64,000 nucleotides of DNA from an uncultured virus (IMG/VR IMGVR_UViG_3300009128_000001) (lineage: Duplodnaviria > Heunggongvirae > Uroviricota > Caudoviricetes). Below the pieces are notes generated by a model. The model saw nothing but the letters and a program-made list of their open reading frames with translations. It did no database searches and was not told the DNA's origin. The DNA is taken from the IMG/VR virus record IMGVR_UViG_3300009128_000001; one strand, given 5' to 3'. The first letter of the stretch is position 1; each line of letters begins with the position of its first letter. The position numbers and the translations under genes are program-made. Below, one piece after another: positions 21,180 through 32,624 of this stretch.

Positions 21180-21617
21180 CTAACTCCAATAGGTTTCTTC
21201 TATGTGGCCTACATCAATGTCGCCTCCGAAGATTCGCTTTAATGTACTCTCTATACGCTCACGAAATTGTTTCTTTGTTTCGTCGTCTCTCATATCATCA
21301 TAAGAAACACCAACGCAACATCGATTTGGGCTGTGCTGCTCAAACCCAATATCCTCCATATACTCGTACAATGAATCAGAAACAAGATCGGATAATTTTT
21401 CCTCTCCAAGTTCATTGAGATTGTCTAAATTTTTTAACAGTTCGGCCTCCATATGCCCATTCTCACCAAGATAGTCAATGGCATTTTTAAATTGTTCTGG
21501 AAAATCCTCGCGCAAAAGCTTAAAAAACTCTACGCCATTTGGCTCTCCAACGTATGCCCCATAGACACAGAAACTACTTGAGCTACTATTACTTACAAAT
21601 CCAAATCGTTCTTTCAT
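21180..21617 (-). CDS. FVSNSS-motif protein 7
   Basis: MKERFGFVSNSSSSSF; DDETKKQF. Confidence 0.85.
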   Translation of the reverse strand: MKERFGFVSNSSSSSFCVYGAYVGEPNGVEFFKLLREDFPEQFKNAIDYLGENGHMEAELLKNLDNLNELGEEKLSDLVSDSLYEYMEDIGFEQHSPNRCCVGVSYDDMRDDETKKQFRERIESTLKRIFGGDIDVGHIEETYWS

Positions 21618-21628
21618 TTTATTATCTC

Positions 21629-21940
21629 CTAACAAGCATAAATGCCAGCATGGAACCCAATCTTAATTTTTTTACCAAACAAGTCTTTTAGCTCTTTGGC
21701 AACCTCTTCTAGGTGATTCGGTCCACACCTTGTAATGGGGGTGAATGTATGTCCGTCAGAGTCATCGGCGTCACTGATTAGTTTTCCAACATAACAGTAA
21801 TCATCATCTTCAATTATATCGTATTTTTTACGAATCATTTCTCGGGCCTCATCGTCGAGAGAGTACCAATCTAATTCGGTGCCAAATATACAAAAACTAG
21901 AAGTTGAACTATTACTAACAAATCCGATTCTAGTTTTCAT
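21629..21940 (-). CDS. FVSNSS-motif protein 8
   Basis: MKTRIGFVSNSSTSSF. Confidence 0.85.
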   Translation of the reverse strand: MKTRIGFVSNSSTSSFCIFGTELDWYSLDDEAREMIRKKYDIIEDDDYCYVGKLISDADDSDGHTFTPITRCGPNHLEEVAKELKDLFGKKIKIGFHAGIYAC

Positions 21941-22410
21941 CAGCCATCCCTCCAAGCCTCTTCATGAAAATCGCAAACAATGTTGTCTCCAAATATCCTC
22001 TTCAGTATTTTTTCTACGCCGGCTTTAAATTCCCCCATTGTCTCATTATCTTTCATTATAGTTGGACAGCTACCAACATAAAGCTCGTAATCATCACATG
22101 GCCAATGAATCCCCATCCCATCAACACAGTCTTCAAAGGCATACGGATCATCGGCTAGCCTACCATTTAATTCAGATGTCTGCTCCTCATCTAATGAGTC
22201 TATATTTTTAAGAAGCTTGGCAGTCTCGCCGCTCTTATCTCTCCACGAATCTGTATAACAGTCCACTAGATTGTCATACCATTCTGGCTGTACTTTACGC
22301 ATTTTCTTTACTGTATCAATATTACACAGTTCTTCACGCTGAATACAAATGCCATAGATTAAAAAACTAGTCGAACTACTGTTGCTTACGAATCCTTCTC
22401 TCGTTTTCAT
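21940..22410 (-). CDS. FVSNSS-motif protein 9
   Basis: MKTREGFVSNSSSTSF; DNETMGEF; EEAWRDG. Confidence 0.85.
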   Translation of the reverse strand: MKTREGFVSNSSSTSFLIYGICIQREELCNIDTVKKMRKVQPEWYDNLVDCYTDSWRDKSGETAKLLKNIDSLDEEQTSELNGRLADDPYAFEDCVDGMGIHWPCDDYELYVGSCPTIMKDNETMGEFKAGVEKILKRIFGDNIVCDFHEEAWRDG

Positions 22411-23435
22411 TTTACCACCATGAACTTTCGTAATTTCTGTCATCTTGTTCAATAAGATTGGTTATATAATTTTCAATCTCTTGCATGTTTTGAAATAGAG
22501 GATCTTGAATGTAGCCGCTTCCATTTACAATCCAGTAGAATCCAGAACCAAGCCCGCGAATATATTCAATTGTAAATCCTTTAAATTGTATAGTGTTAGT
22601 GTCCATTTATACCTCTAATTTATTAAACTTTTTCTTACAAGATTCGGGCGGCTCTACTCTGTGCTCTATAAACCACTGGACAGCTTCGGATTTCTTCATT
22701 ATATAATAGCAGCCAGCAGACTCTCTTATCCATGTGCCTTTTTTGGTGCGATATAGATTTTTCCCACATGAACTGTTCCAGTTTTCGGTGGCATCTATAT
22801 CAAACCACTTTCCATTAATCGTCTTTTCGCGCCGCATAACTCACCTAATTCAATTTGCTAATATCTTTTGGGGGATAATTAGGATCCATTTTACTAATTG
22901 CTTTTAATGCTCGATCCCTATCAAAATCACAAGCTGCTAACATATTGAGAGCAAACATATCAATCGCGCTATTTTTATCATACAAATTTTCATGCCAAGT
23001 AAATATAGCCCTGTATGTTGTTCCAATAAAATCTAGCGGAGTCTCATCTTTCGGATGATCCTCTTGCCGCTTCTCAAATAATTCTAATAAGCCCCCGCAA
23101 ATAAATTTCCATAATGACATGATATTATTCCGATTTTTGATTATATCCAGCTATACGCAACCTAACACATTCGAACAGACCCTCTACCATCTCATCGTAT
23201 TCAAATAGGTCTAGCGGATTTTTATACCCTACTGACGCCAATGCAGCAAACATAACAGCATCTCTGATATTGCCATTGCATTTTTTATATAGCAATGCCG
23301 CGTCCATTAAGCCAACATCCCAATCGATTATCGGCTGTAATATTTTTAGCTCACTCTTGATACGATCTTCTTCCGGTTCAGTCCGTATAGAGTTGCCGTG
23401 CTTATCAAAGGCATATTGTTGTTCTAACATATCGA

Positions 23436-23915
23436 TCAGTCCTTTACCCGATAACCAAATGGTACTCTACCATCTACGATGCTTTGCCAATGCTTTTTTA
23501 CATTGTCAGAACCACCGCCCTTTTCCAGGTTCTTCTTAGCCTGTTCCTGAAGCCATTTCCATGTGCTCTCAGTAATCGTAGGATCAAAATGATGATCGTA
23601 TTGGGGATAAAGCATCTCACCAAATTTTACCAATCGCAATGGCTCCTCATAATGCATCCACTTAGCAATGAACGACCACATAATACAGCTAGCTTGGAAC
23701 CCCGTAATACCTCCCTGCTCTGTTTTATTCAAAGCCCACATAGTTCCAATTGCACCAGCTGCCAAAGCATGACAAATTGTTCCATAATCATGCTCGTAAT
23801 CTTCTGATAACTTGCGCAAAAACTCTGGCAATGTTTCGAGAGTAAGAGGTTTGGCTTCCTCGTACCAATCCTCATGAACCTTATCTTCCTCTTTAATCTT
23901 TTTTCGTTCCGTCAT
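23436..23915 (-). CDS. Conserved phage hypothetical protein
   Basis: HDYGTICHA, GGITGFQA, MLYPQY, HWQSIVDGRVPFG. Confidence 0.7.
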   Translation of the reverse strand: MTERKKIKEEDKVHEDWYEEAKPLTLETLPEFLRKLSEDYEHDYGTICHALAAGAIGTMWALNKTEQGGITGFQASCIMWSFIAKWMHYEEPLRLVKFGEMLYPQYDHHFDPTITESTWKWLQEQAKKNLEKGGGSDNVKKHWQSIVDGRVPFGYRVKD

Positions 23916-24375
23916 GTTTATCCTCATCTACAGTGGTAAGTATAAAAAGGCTGTCTCCACAATACTTAATCTGTCCACCTAAATCTAAATTTTGATTAAC
24001 CAAGTAAGCCAGCTCATTCCCGTCCAATCCGGATAGTCCGTCAATTAACAGCTCTAACATTTCATCGTAGGAAAAGTATGTTTCAGTTACTTCAGTCTCT
24101 ATTTCTCTAGCGCCAAGACACATTTCACACATATAGAAGCGCATCTCTCGACCGCCATCACACTGAGGACATTTAATTATCTTTTTCATTATATAGCCAT
24201 AATGAGTTTAATTATTAAAACTAGTAGAGCAATTGATAGTGAAAGGCCAACCAACACACTAACCACCCACAAGATACCGAAGTTACGAAAAGCAAAACCG
24301 GCAAATCTTTGATTGGCTTTTACCATATCATCATGTTGTTTTGACATTTTCTCAAACGCCTTATCAAAATCATCA

Positions 24376-24747
24376 TTAAACCCTTGCATCTAAAAATTCC
24401 TCGACCAACTCTGTTAATCTGTAATCTGGAAATGTAATATTTGTTTGGCGCACGTTTCTATTCGGACGCCTAACTAATGTAAAATATGATGTTCTTTTAA
24501 TTGGAAATCCTAAAAGGGCCAGCTCGTCACAAGTTATTTGTCTCATGCCCCAGTTGGGATTCGATGTAACAAACAACATATATGAGGCTCTCTTTTCTCG
24601 TTTTAGGATTATACCTACATGAATACCTCTTCCGTCCATATAGTTAATAATATCTCCGGGACTTAACGGTTGGTAGGTTATATGCTCGTCTTGTATATGC
24701 TCAACCTTTATGTATCCCGGGCGTTTTCTTTTCTTTTTCTTTCTCAT
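24376..24747 (-). CDS. Hypothetical protein
   Basis: ORF in co-oriented gene run. Confidence 0.6.
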   Translation of the reverse strand: MRKKKKRKRPGYIKVEHIQDEHITYQPLSPGDIINYMDGRGIHVGIILKREKRASYMLFVTSNPNWGMRQITCDELALLGFPIKRTSYFTLVRRPNRNVRQTNITFPDYRLTELVEEFLDARV

Positions 24748-27608
24748 TTTTAATTACAAGAAGAGTATAGGATTGCGTACATACTCAATACTATTAATGA
24801 AAATACAGCAATAGCATAAATAATAATAAATAAACCTCTATCCTCAATCAAATATTTGTAGAGCTTTTTTCGGTCCATATTATCGCTCCCAGTATATCCT
24901 ACTGACTTCACTTTTATCATCGACAAATAGAAGTCTCCAACCTTTTCCTTCCGGCGGAACAATTTTATAGCCATCTCTAACTTTTACATAGCTGTCTGCG
25001 AATTTTGTGATAAAATATTGCCGTTCCTTAGTTTGTTGGCGATAGATTTCTGATAAATATCCAACTTCTTTGTGCAACCCAGATAAGCTTTCGGCAATCT
25101 CCCTCAACAATGTTAGTAGTTTGCCAGATAGCATTATTCCTCCTCATATCCATAAGTTTTCTCACACCACTCTAGATAGAGATTATACCATTCATCACTA
25201 TTCATTGGTGGATAATTATGAGAATCCTTTTTCATCTCCGATTGTTTTTGACGCTTAAATGTTTCCAATCGTTTCTTCTCGCGGTGAACCCATTGATCAA
25301 TTCGGATCACCGCTTCTCTCCCCTAGAAAACAAATGCTTTTTATAATATTCCTTCTGGAAAGTTTTGGCGCAATCCTCAGAACAGAATGCTTTTACAACG
25401 CCATAACCCAAGGGATTTGTGCCATCTTCTTCCCGCTCACTCTCAATAGAAAATGTTGGAACAACCCAGTCCTTAGGAAATTCATCCAAATCTTCAATTG
25501 TTTTTCCGCAATATCCACAAATAACTTTCATGACTTTTCCTTTATTTAATGTTTAAAAGATTTTCTAGTGACTTTTGAACAAGCTTCTCTGCCACCTTAT
25601 CGAGTTTGTCGCTAAAGTCTTGTGCTTTAACTATCTTTTTTACACGCTTTGTTAGTTCTTCCTGTAGCTCATCTTCAACATTAAACAAATCGAATTCACA
25701 GGCGGTCTGGTCCAAAATGTCAACCACCTCTTGAAAAAACAAATCTTTAATAGCTTGAGCTGGCATGGCCTCGACAGCTGCTTTGGCCGCAGCTTTCTTT
25801 TTAGATTGTCTCATCTTATTCTCCCCACCCCATACCAACATAACCTGGCATGCGGGTGTTGTCATCTACCGCAATTAATTCATCTTCAAAAGCATCTTGA
25901 ATTTCGACATCTAAAATATCTTCATGCCTAAACTCGTAATCAGAGATAACTTCATCTAAATCTGCGTCCTCGTCTACTATTAACCTCACTGTTGCATAAA
26001 TTGTTTTTGCCATACTCCTTCCTTCCTATCTTTACCATCAATCTACTTTTTTTGTTTTCAATATATAGCCCTCAGCAGTTATACATACTGCGGACAATAT
26101 AGATTCTTTTGAAAGTTCATTTTTGTTTTCTTCACATGTCAGGACAATATTTGTACCGCACATCTGCTGGCAGGCCTCTCTGTTTTCACTTTTTCTCTGT
26201 GAAGCATATATTGCGCCAACTAATGCTAAAAGGATTAATATAATTACAATTATAACGATTACTACACTCGCCACATCTTCCCGATCGCACATATTAAATC
26301 TCCATTTCGTGCTCTTCTACACGAATAGAATCATAAATATTAAACAACTCATATAGACCGTTATTATCATCTATCTTAATCTCGTAATCATGAAGGTGTA
26401 TTTTTGCCTGGGCAATAGCAAATTCTTCAGCTCTAATTCTATCAGACAAAACACCTAACACAACTGTAGTCTTGGAAAAATCATACCCATTATCAAATAG
26501 GCCGCCAAGTAATACTACATAGACATTCATGACTTACCTCTCTATGCATTTTCTGTGATGTTTCTTGAATTGTTTCCACCAATACCAATATCTGTAACGT
26601 TTTTTAGTTACATCGTCAATAAAGAATACATATTGAGAAATACCACCACAACGAGAACAAGTGGCTGTATCATCTTCTCTTTTACACCAAGGGGGAGTCT
26701 TGGAGCCCATCATCTTCCTCTTGATAGGATAATTCTAAATCTTTAATCAGCTTAGTCGGCCGCTTTCCAGCATAAACCAGTCCGAGATAGTAAGGGTTAG
26801 CTGGAGCATTAAGCTCTTCTACTTTCAACTGTTGACCAAATAGCTGGCGCAAAAACCACTCGTAATCGTTAAACTCGTGATAGTCGCTAACTTCTAGTAC
26901 ATATGGCAGCTCGGCTTTAATGTTAATCTTCTTTGTTGAGACTTTCATATCCATCCTCAAGTTCTAATTCCCACTCATGCATCCAATGATTTCGGGCATC
27001 ATTTTTGCGGCGAGCCCTTTTATCACGCATATTGGTGTTTACACTGCCATAGCGTTTATCCATTGCAACCTTAATTGGGTTGCGCCGCTTTTGCTTCTTG
27101 GGTTTCATTTCTTGCTTCTTGTCTTAGTCTGTCGGGGCTTGTAAACTCCCCACTCTATTTTAAGAGTGTAGGCAGCACCATGGCTTGTCTCAAGAATACT
27201 ATATCCCAGACGCTTAGCAATGTCAAATAAAGTTGGTTTGTGGATCTCGCCGTTGTCAATTTTTATATGACATTCCTGCCGCCCTATTTCAGCATAATGA
27301 CGAATCTCAGGATCAATCTCAACCGCCCAAAACTGTTCGGCCACGCTAATTTTTTCTTGTGAGAAGTTATATGCTAACTTTTTAGCTTCATTGGCGCTCA
27401 TAAGTTTGTCTTTATTCATGTTTCCACTCCAAACCATTCCAATACCATCGCTCAACAAAATTATCAGACTCATGAATAGCCCAAACTTGACCCCGATATA
27501 GGGCAAACTCTATGCTATCATCGGCATTAACTTTGCCTTTGGAAAACTTTAACCAACCCTCTAGTGCCCTAGGATAACTAGAGCAAAACTTAAACAATGG
27601 TATCTTAT

Positions 27609-28160
27609 TCACATTACTATCCCATGTTTCTTGAATAGCCATGGCTTGGTTGTTCTGCAATTGTAGCATACGAAATGTCCGCTCCGAGTATTTGTGTCAG
27701 CCCAGCTATCATAAGTATTACAAATAGCACAGGTTGCTCCATCATAATTAACAGGTTTGGGCCGCTCTTTAACTACCGGGCCGTTAATATCGCCACCAGT
27801 TATCCATATGCACTCAGCCCTAGGATCTGTATTTGAATCAAAATCAAGCTTGTCAACATGTTTGTGTCGGCCGTATTCGTTAGTAAACCATACAACCTCA
27901 TCTTTGTCGCCAAGCTTCTTGTTAAAAGAGTTGATGTCTATTTTTACCAAATAATCTCTTAGATACTCTTTGTCCTCTTCATCTTTCTTTACAACAGCAA
28001 CTATCTTTCCAATAAATTCAACACCAATATTTTCTGCCGGTCTAAAAGCGGCATCTTTTAATTCAATATTAATTTTATCGCCAAGTTTATATTCTGGTTC
28101 TAATTCAACTGGGGGAAAACTAAAAATTATTGGCGGAGGGGGTAGTAATGTATTTGCCAT
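27609..28160 (-). CDS. SH3/KOW-like protein with Zn-ribbon tag
   Basis: YKLGDKINIE..IGKIVAV; C-terminal CAIC..WAD.N..GHFVCYNCRTTKPWL. Confidence 0.7.
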   Translation of the reverse strand: MANTLLPPPPIIFSFPPVELEPEYKLGDKINIELKDAAFRPAENIGVEFIGKIVAVVKKDEEDKEYLRDYLVKIDINSFNKKLGDKDEVVWFTNEYGRHKHVDKLDFDSNTDPRAECIWITGGDINGPVVKERPKPVNYDGATCAICNTYDSWADTNTRSGHFVCYNCRTTKPWLFKKHGIVM

Positions 28161-28185
28161 TTATATATCTCCTTTTTAACTTTAG

Positions 28186-28279
28186 TGAGCTGGGTAGGAT
28201 TCGAACCTACATCAGGCCAAGATTTTACCGCGGGATTTATATTTGGTCTTATCCAAAGCACCCTTTAAATTACCAGCTC
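28186..28279 (-). ncRNA. tRNA-like RNA without canonical D/anticodon arms
   Basis: Acceptor GAGCTGG/CCAGCTC+A, T-arm GTAGG-TTCGAAT-CCTAC; no 7-nt anticodon loop found. Confidence 0.6.
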
Positions 28280-28445
28280 TTAACGGCGCATTTATAGAAC
28301 GATTGCCTCACAGCCCCTTACAAACGCGCCCAAAATCTGAAGCTGCAATTGTTGGTTTGGCATATTGCTTAAAGATCAGAGCCAACACATCTAAAAGCAA
28401 TCATTTCTAGTCATGGAGCGCTCTCGTAGAAATGAAAACTTTATA

Positions 28446-29609
28446 CTAGTCAGGCTTTTCGATTTTTTGTTTTTTGTACCCCAATAGTCTCATTAATTTA
28501 TCCACATGCATTTTTATTAAATACTCCCTAATATCTCTCGCCTTTCCAGCCCGAACACTAAATAACGCTCCAGAACATTTTGTTTGTACTGCCTGTAATG
28601 CAAACTCTTTCTGCTCTGAAATGTTCTTTAATCTGTCATAATCCTTTCTTAATTCTGACAGCAATAAATCGAACCTCTCTTTTGCATCATTTACAAACGG
28701 TTCGAATTCAGGAAATGCCGTCAATACCTCGCTCGTTTCACCTCTACGAGCTATTTCTACAAATGCTCTTTGCGTTAGGCCGTCCTTAGCGTGATGTAAA
28801 GCGACATAACCAGGATTCTTTACCTTTATGCGATTAAAGTACTTATCAACCACGACATATCCCTCTTGTTCCAAGGGCGGCATGTCATTTAACGTATAAA
28901 GCAGGTCATCAAGATTGTCAAATGAAAACTCCTTAACAGCAGGAATTCCACAGTGAAACATCTGCTCCACTTCTTTTGCCGGTATTTCCTCTCCACTAAT
29001 TAATTCCCTTGCCCCTAGAATGGCCAACTTAGGCTGACGATGCGGGACCACAATCCTATTCAAAGGCCCCATTAACTCAAACATAAAACAAATACGCTTG
29101 GCCATAGGCACAAATGCATCACAATCGCTGTAAACATTATCAACAACCTGCCAAAAATACTCAGCAAATGTTTGGGGAAGTTTTAATTGTGTTCCATCAC
29201 AATCCCAAGTAAGATCTGAATCCAAGTCACATACCGGGCCGCTAGCACCAGGGCTACCACTCGTACCTACATGCCAATTATTATTATAAAAATAAAGCAT
29301 GATTAACGAGCCATCAACCTTCTCTTGTACTACCGCAGAATCCCAATCAATTTCTGCCGCATGTCCCTCCGCAGAGTTAAAGAACTTATTGAAAGGATGG
29401 CATATAACATCCCAATTATTATCGGAATCTAGAATTAAACCGCGGCATTCTTGTACAATTTGCTCGCCCATTGGAGAGTCTAGCATGTCATATTTGAAGC
29501 CAATTAAGTTTGGATAATCTGCATGCGGCTTAGAGTGAATATGAAACTCGTTTTCCAGATCCTCTGGTGTCTTTCCAGAGCGCAAATATGCTTGTACTTC
29601 TAACATCAT
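28446..29609 (-). CDS. T4 Rnl1-like ATP-dependent RNA ligase
   Basis: ECRGLI, PFNKFFN, EKVDGSL (motif I), FEL, EGYVV, RIKVKNPGY. Confidence 0.9.
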   Translation of the reverse strand: MMLEVQAYLRSGKTPEDLENEFHIHSKPHADYPNLIGFKYDMLDSPMGEQIVQECRGLILDSDNNWDVICHPFNKFFNSAEGHAAEIDWDSAVVQEKVDGSLIMLYFYNNNWHVGTSGSPGASGPVCDLDSDLTWDCDGTQLKLPQTFAEYFWQVVDNVYSDCDAFVPMAKRICFMFELMGPLNRIVVPHRQPKLAILGARELISGEEIPAKEVEQMFHCGIPAVKEFSFDNLDDLLYTLNDMPPLEQEGYVVVDKYFNRIKVKNPGYVALHHAKDGLTQRAFVEIARRGETSEVLTAFPEFEPFVNDAKERFDLLLSELRKDYDRLKNISEQKEFALQAVQTKCSGALFSVRAGKARDIREYLIKMHVDKLMRLLGYKKQKIEKPD

Positions 29610-29615
29610 AATACC

Positions 29616-29643
29616 ATTATAACTATTGCTCGACCATTGTCAA
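29616..29643 (-). promoter_or_regulatory. sigma70-type promoter for RNA ligase
   Basis: TTGACA-16bp-TATAAT. Confidence 0.75.
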
Positions 29644-29672
29644 CTAACAATCGACATGGCACAATCTTTGTA

Positions 29673-30185
29673 TCAGTCCAGCTTGAGTGCCGGCAATTGA
29701 CCACCCGTTGGAGATAACCAATTTCTAAGTGTCCCGTAAATACTTCGTGGTGTTATATCCAAATCGCAACAAGAACAATCATTGGTCGAATAAAGCATGA
29801 TACCAACCAAATCGGGTGAAGAATTAGAATAGAGAGAGTAAGAATAAAAATGAGACACTTGTTGGTATATATTCCTTAACGTTTTGCCAGAAGATACCAA
29901 ATCGTCCAGAATAACATATCTACTGGCAGATCCATATCCGCTAACATTATGACAATCCGCAGAATCATGGCAAGATTTACGAACCATGATTAAAGGGATG
30001 TCTAACTCATAAGAGATAACCGGGGCAACTAATGTTCCACTCATACCTGTAAAAGCAATTGCGTCAAAAGGATGTTTCTTCCTGAATTTTTTGATTCTTG
30101 GAGCCGCCCGCCTAATAAGTTTTTTCAGTTTCTTTTGATTTAAGGCAGCGCTCAACCAAGTGGCGTGTGTATATCTGTCAGACAT
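29673..30185 (-). CDS. Type I phosphoribosyltransferase
   Basis: AFTGMSG, VRK, YVILDDLVSSGKT PRPP-binding loop. Confidence 0.85.
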   Translation of the reverse strand: MSDRYTHATWLSAALNQKKLKKLIRRAAPRIKKFRKKHPFDAIAFTGMSGTLVAPVISYELDIPLIMVRKSCHDSADCHNVSGYGSASRYVILDDLVSSGKTLRNIYQQVSHFYSYSLYSNSSPDLVGIMLYSTNDCSCCDLDITPRSIYGTLRNWLSPTGGQLPALKLD

Positions 30186-30431
30186 TTCATCACCAGCCGT
30201 TTTTGTACAAAGAATGATCTGGTCCCAAATCTAATCCTGTTGACATTTTCTCCTCAAAAGACTCGTGAACATCATTTATTTTTTGAAGAGCCTCAATGAT
30301 TTTTTCTTGTTTCTCAACCATTTCTTCAAGCAGATCGTTTTGTTTTCGCAGAGTTTCATTTTCTATCTGTAATTTTCTACACATAAAAAACAGTTCATTA
30401 AGTTGTTTTCTTAACTCTTCCATTCTAAATT

Positions 30432-30878
30432 TTATTCCTCATCATCATGGTAACAATTCATACAAACTTTTTCATCATATTCAAATTTAATGTCACGACC
30501 CTTAATAGGAATCATTTTAGATCCGACATCACGAATCATATCTTCTGGTTTATTTTTTTCTCCGCAATAATCGCACTCTACACTCTCTGTCTTATAGCAA
30601 TCCTCACAGATTTCTATGTCTAGTTTTGTAGTAGCAAGCTGATCTTTGCCAAAATATTCACCACAATATTCGCAATAAAAACAACTATCGCAAACAAAAA
30701 TAGGATCGTTATCATATGATGGCTCAACCACCAAATTATCTGTTTCACCACCACAACAGGTACAGTCACCATACTCCAAACAATAGCAACCACCTTCTGA
30801 TTCATGGTACGTTTGCCCACAGTAACCACACTTCCTGTAGTAACAGCCCCAATCATCTGGTACATTTCCGTATGACAT
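30432..30878 (-). CDS. Multi-CxxC zinc-finger protein
   Basis: Repeated CxxC motifs. Confidence 0.65.
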   Translation of the reverse strand: MSYGNVPDDWGCYYRKCGYCGQTYHESEGGCYCLEYGDCTCCGGETDNLVVEPSYDNDPIFVCDSCFYCEYCGEYFGKDQLATTKLDIEICEDCYKTESVECDYCGEKNKPEDMIRDVGSKMIPIKGRDIKFEYDEKVCMNCYHDDEE

Positions 30879-31274
30879 TTTAATTACCTCGTTCGGAAAA
30901 GTCTGTGTGTATCATCAAGAAATATCACAACTCTTCCGTCTTGATTATGATGAAGCATAACTTCATAACCAGTATTATATAGATCTGTGATATCCTCTGG
31001 AGTTATTTCTACTTCCGGACATTCTTCGGCGCCCTTGAATTTGGCTGGAATCTCGTCATGCCTGCCCATCCAATGACGTACAGTAACCTTCATCATTTTG
31101 CGCCTTTCACCTAAATGATATTCAACCCACTTTACTCTTCCAGACTTAGGTATATCGTCATAATATTTAACAAGCCTGTCTCTTTTTTCTTCTGAGACCG
31201 CCACACCCATTAATTCCCAATCATTAGACCAGGGTGGCACTTGATATATGACATAAACCACATCTGGAATTTCT

Positions 31275-31589
31275 TTAAATGTTGCCACTCTTATCTCCAG
31301 GAAAATACCGATCAATCGTCTTAATCATATTTTCACGCCCAACCGGATTCATACTATGTACTTCCGGCTTTTTCTTAGGCCAATTTCCGGTCTCGCACAT
31401 CCACTTTACCAGATCGTAACCAGTCTCTTCGAGCTTGTCAAGGCCCACAGTAGCTTGCCAGTCCAAATCGTGGTCCAGGGATGCCTCTTCAACCTGACCG
31501 CTTTTAAGGTACCATTTAGCCTCTTCAGCGGTCTTTGCCCAAGTCCATCCAATAGGTGGCTCTCTTATATCATCTAGCCAAAGTTTCAT
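31275..31589 (-). CDS. Cyclic-phosphate-processing receiver-like domain protein
   Basis: KLWLDDIREPP, SLDHDL, TGYD, HSMNPVG. Confidence 0.8.
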   Translation of the reverse strand: MKLWLDDIREPPIGWTWAKTAEEAKWYLKSGQVEEASLDHDLDWQATVGLDKLEETGYDLVKWMCETGNWPKKKPEVHSMNPVGRENMIKTIDRYFPGDKSGNI

Positions 31590-31847
31590 AATCTCACCCC
31601 GGACCATATTTTTTGGAAAGTTCTGTTGGCCGCATCTCTACCTTAATAGTAACTTTCTTTTCTTTAGAGCCGCCAACGTAATACTTTCCGTCGTTTGTAC
31701 CGCTCCAATAATCAAAACTTGGAGACGGATAATAGTTCACATCGCAACAGTCCATAAACCCTTGCTCCCCACCACAATCACACATCCATCCAATAAACAT
31801 GGTTCTTGCGTCTTGAGTAGGAAATTCAAATGTAACTTTATAACTCA

Positions 31848-32324
31848 TTACTGACCCTTTACGTATCGAGTCTCAACCTTTTTGCCATCATAACAGAACA
31901 TTAGATAATCATCATTACTCAAGCTCTCATAATTAACACATTGGGCTGGAGCACATGATTCCGCACAATAGTCTAGGCTATTGCTGCGAGACCAACAAGA
32001 CAACCCAATAGCGCCAAACCAAATGACAACCAAAGATGCAATGATAATTTTGAATATACGATCTGTCCTTTTCACACTAGCCTGATAAGTTCGCTCATTT
32101 TCTTCCATGGCCCGGTCTATAACGACTTGCTTTTTATCACGAAAGCACTCAGCTGTCTCACTAACTTCGTTGCTGCATTGATTTATTAGTTCAATCCGAG
32201 TGCTATAATCATCCGTTCTAGCTTTTAAATTGTCATAATGATTACGAATTTCTTTTATAGCCTGTTGGCATTCCTCTTCAAGTTTATCAAGCTCAATTTC
32301 CCAGTCAGACTTACTCATCTTCAC
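31848..32324 (-). CDS. Coiled-coil membrane protein
   Basis: Coiled coil, TM helix, Cys-rich C-terminus. Confidence 0.6.
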   Translation of the reverse strand: MKMSKSDWEIELDKLEEECQQAIKEIRNHYDNLKARTDDYSTRIELINQCSNEVSETAECFRDKKQVVIDRAMEENERTYQASVKRTDRIFKIIIASLVVIWFGAIGLSCWSRSNSLDYCAESCAPAQCVNYESLSNDDYLMFCYDGKKVETRYVKGQ

Positions 32325-32624
32325 TTCTCCCGAGCATTTTAATGTTTAATGGAATTAACTCTGCCCTAGTAGTAACCCCGCTTCCCCCACAACAACTACA
32401 ACGCCCCCTATCAATTGGCCCTGTAGATGGTAAACCCGATCCATCACAGCTGGAACAAATTGGCGGAAATTGATCTGCGCAATCGTCACATAGATAATAA
32501 TATTCGTCCTCATCATCTACATAGGAGGTTGCAATCTTTCCACACTCACAATAATCCATACACTCGTCACAACGTGGTTCATTGTTTACTAGTGCGATGG
32601 CTTTATATCCGCAATATTTACATT

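Noticed and set aside
18378..22410. DNA-level repeat, CRISPR or DGR reading of GGATTTGTAAGCAATAGTAG-like sequences
   Set aside because: The copies are in-frame coding with synonymous variation, and the window has no reverse transcriptase.
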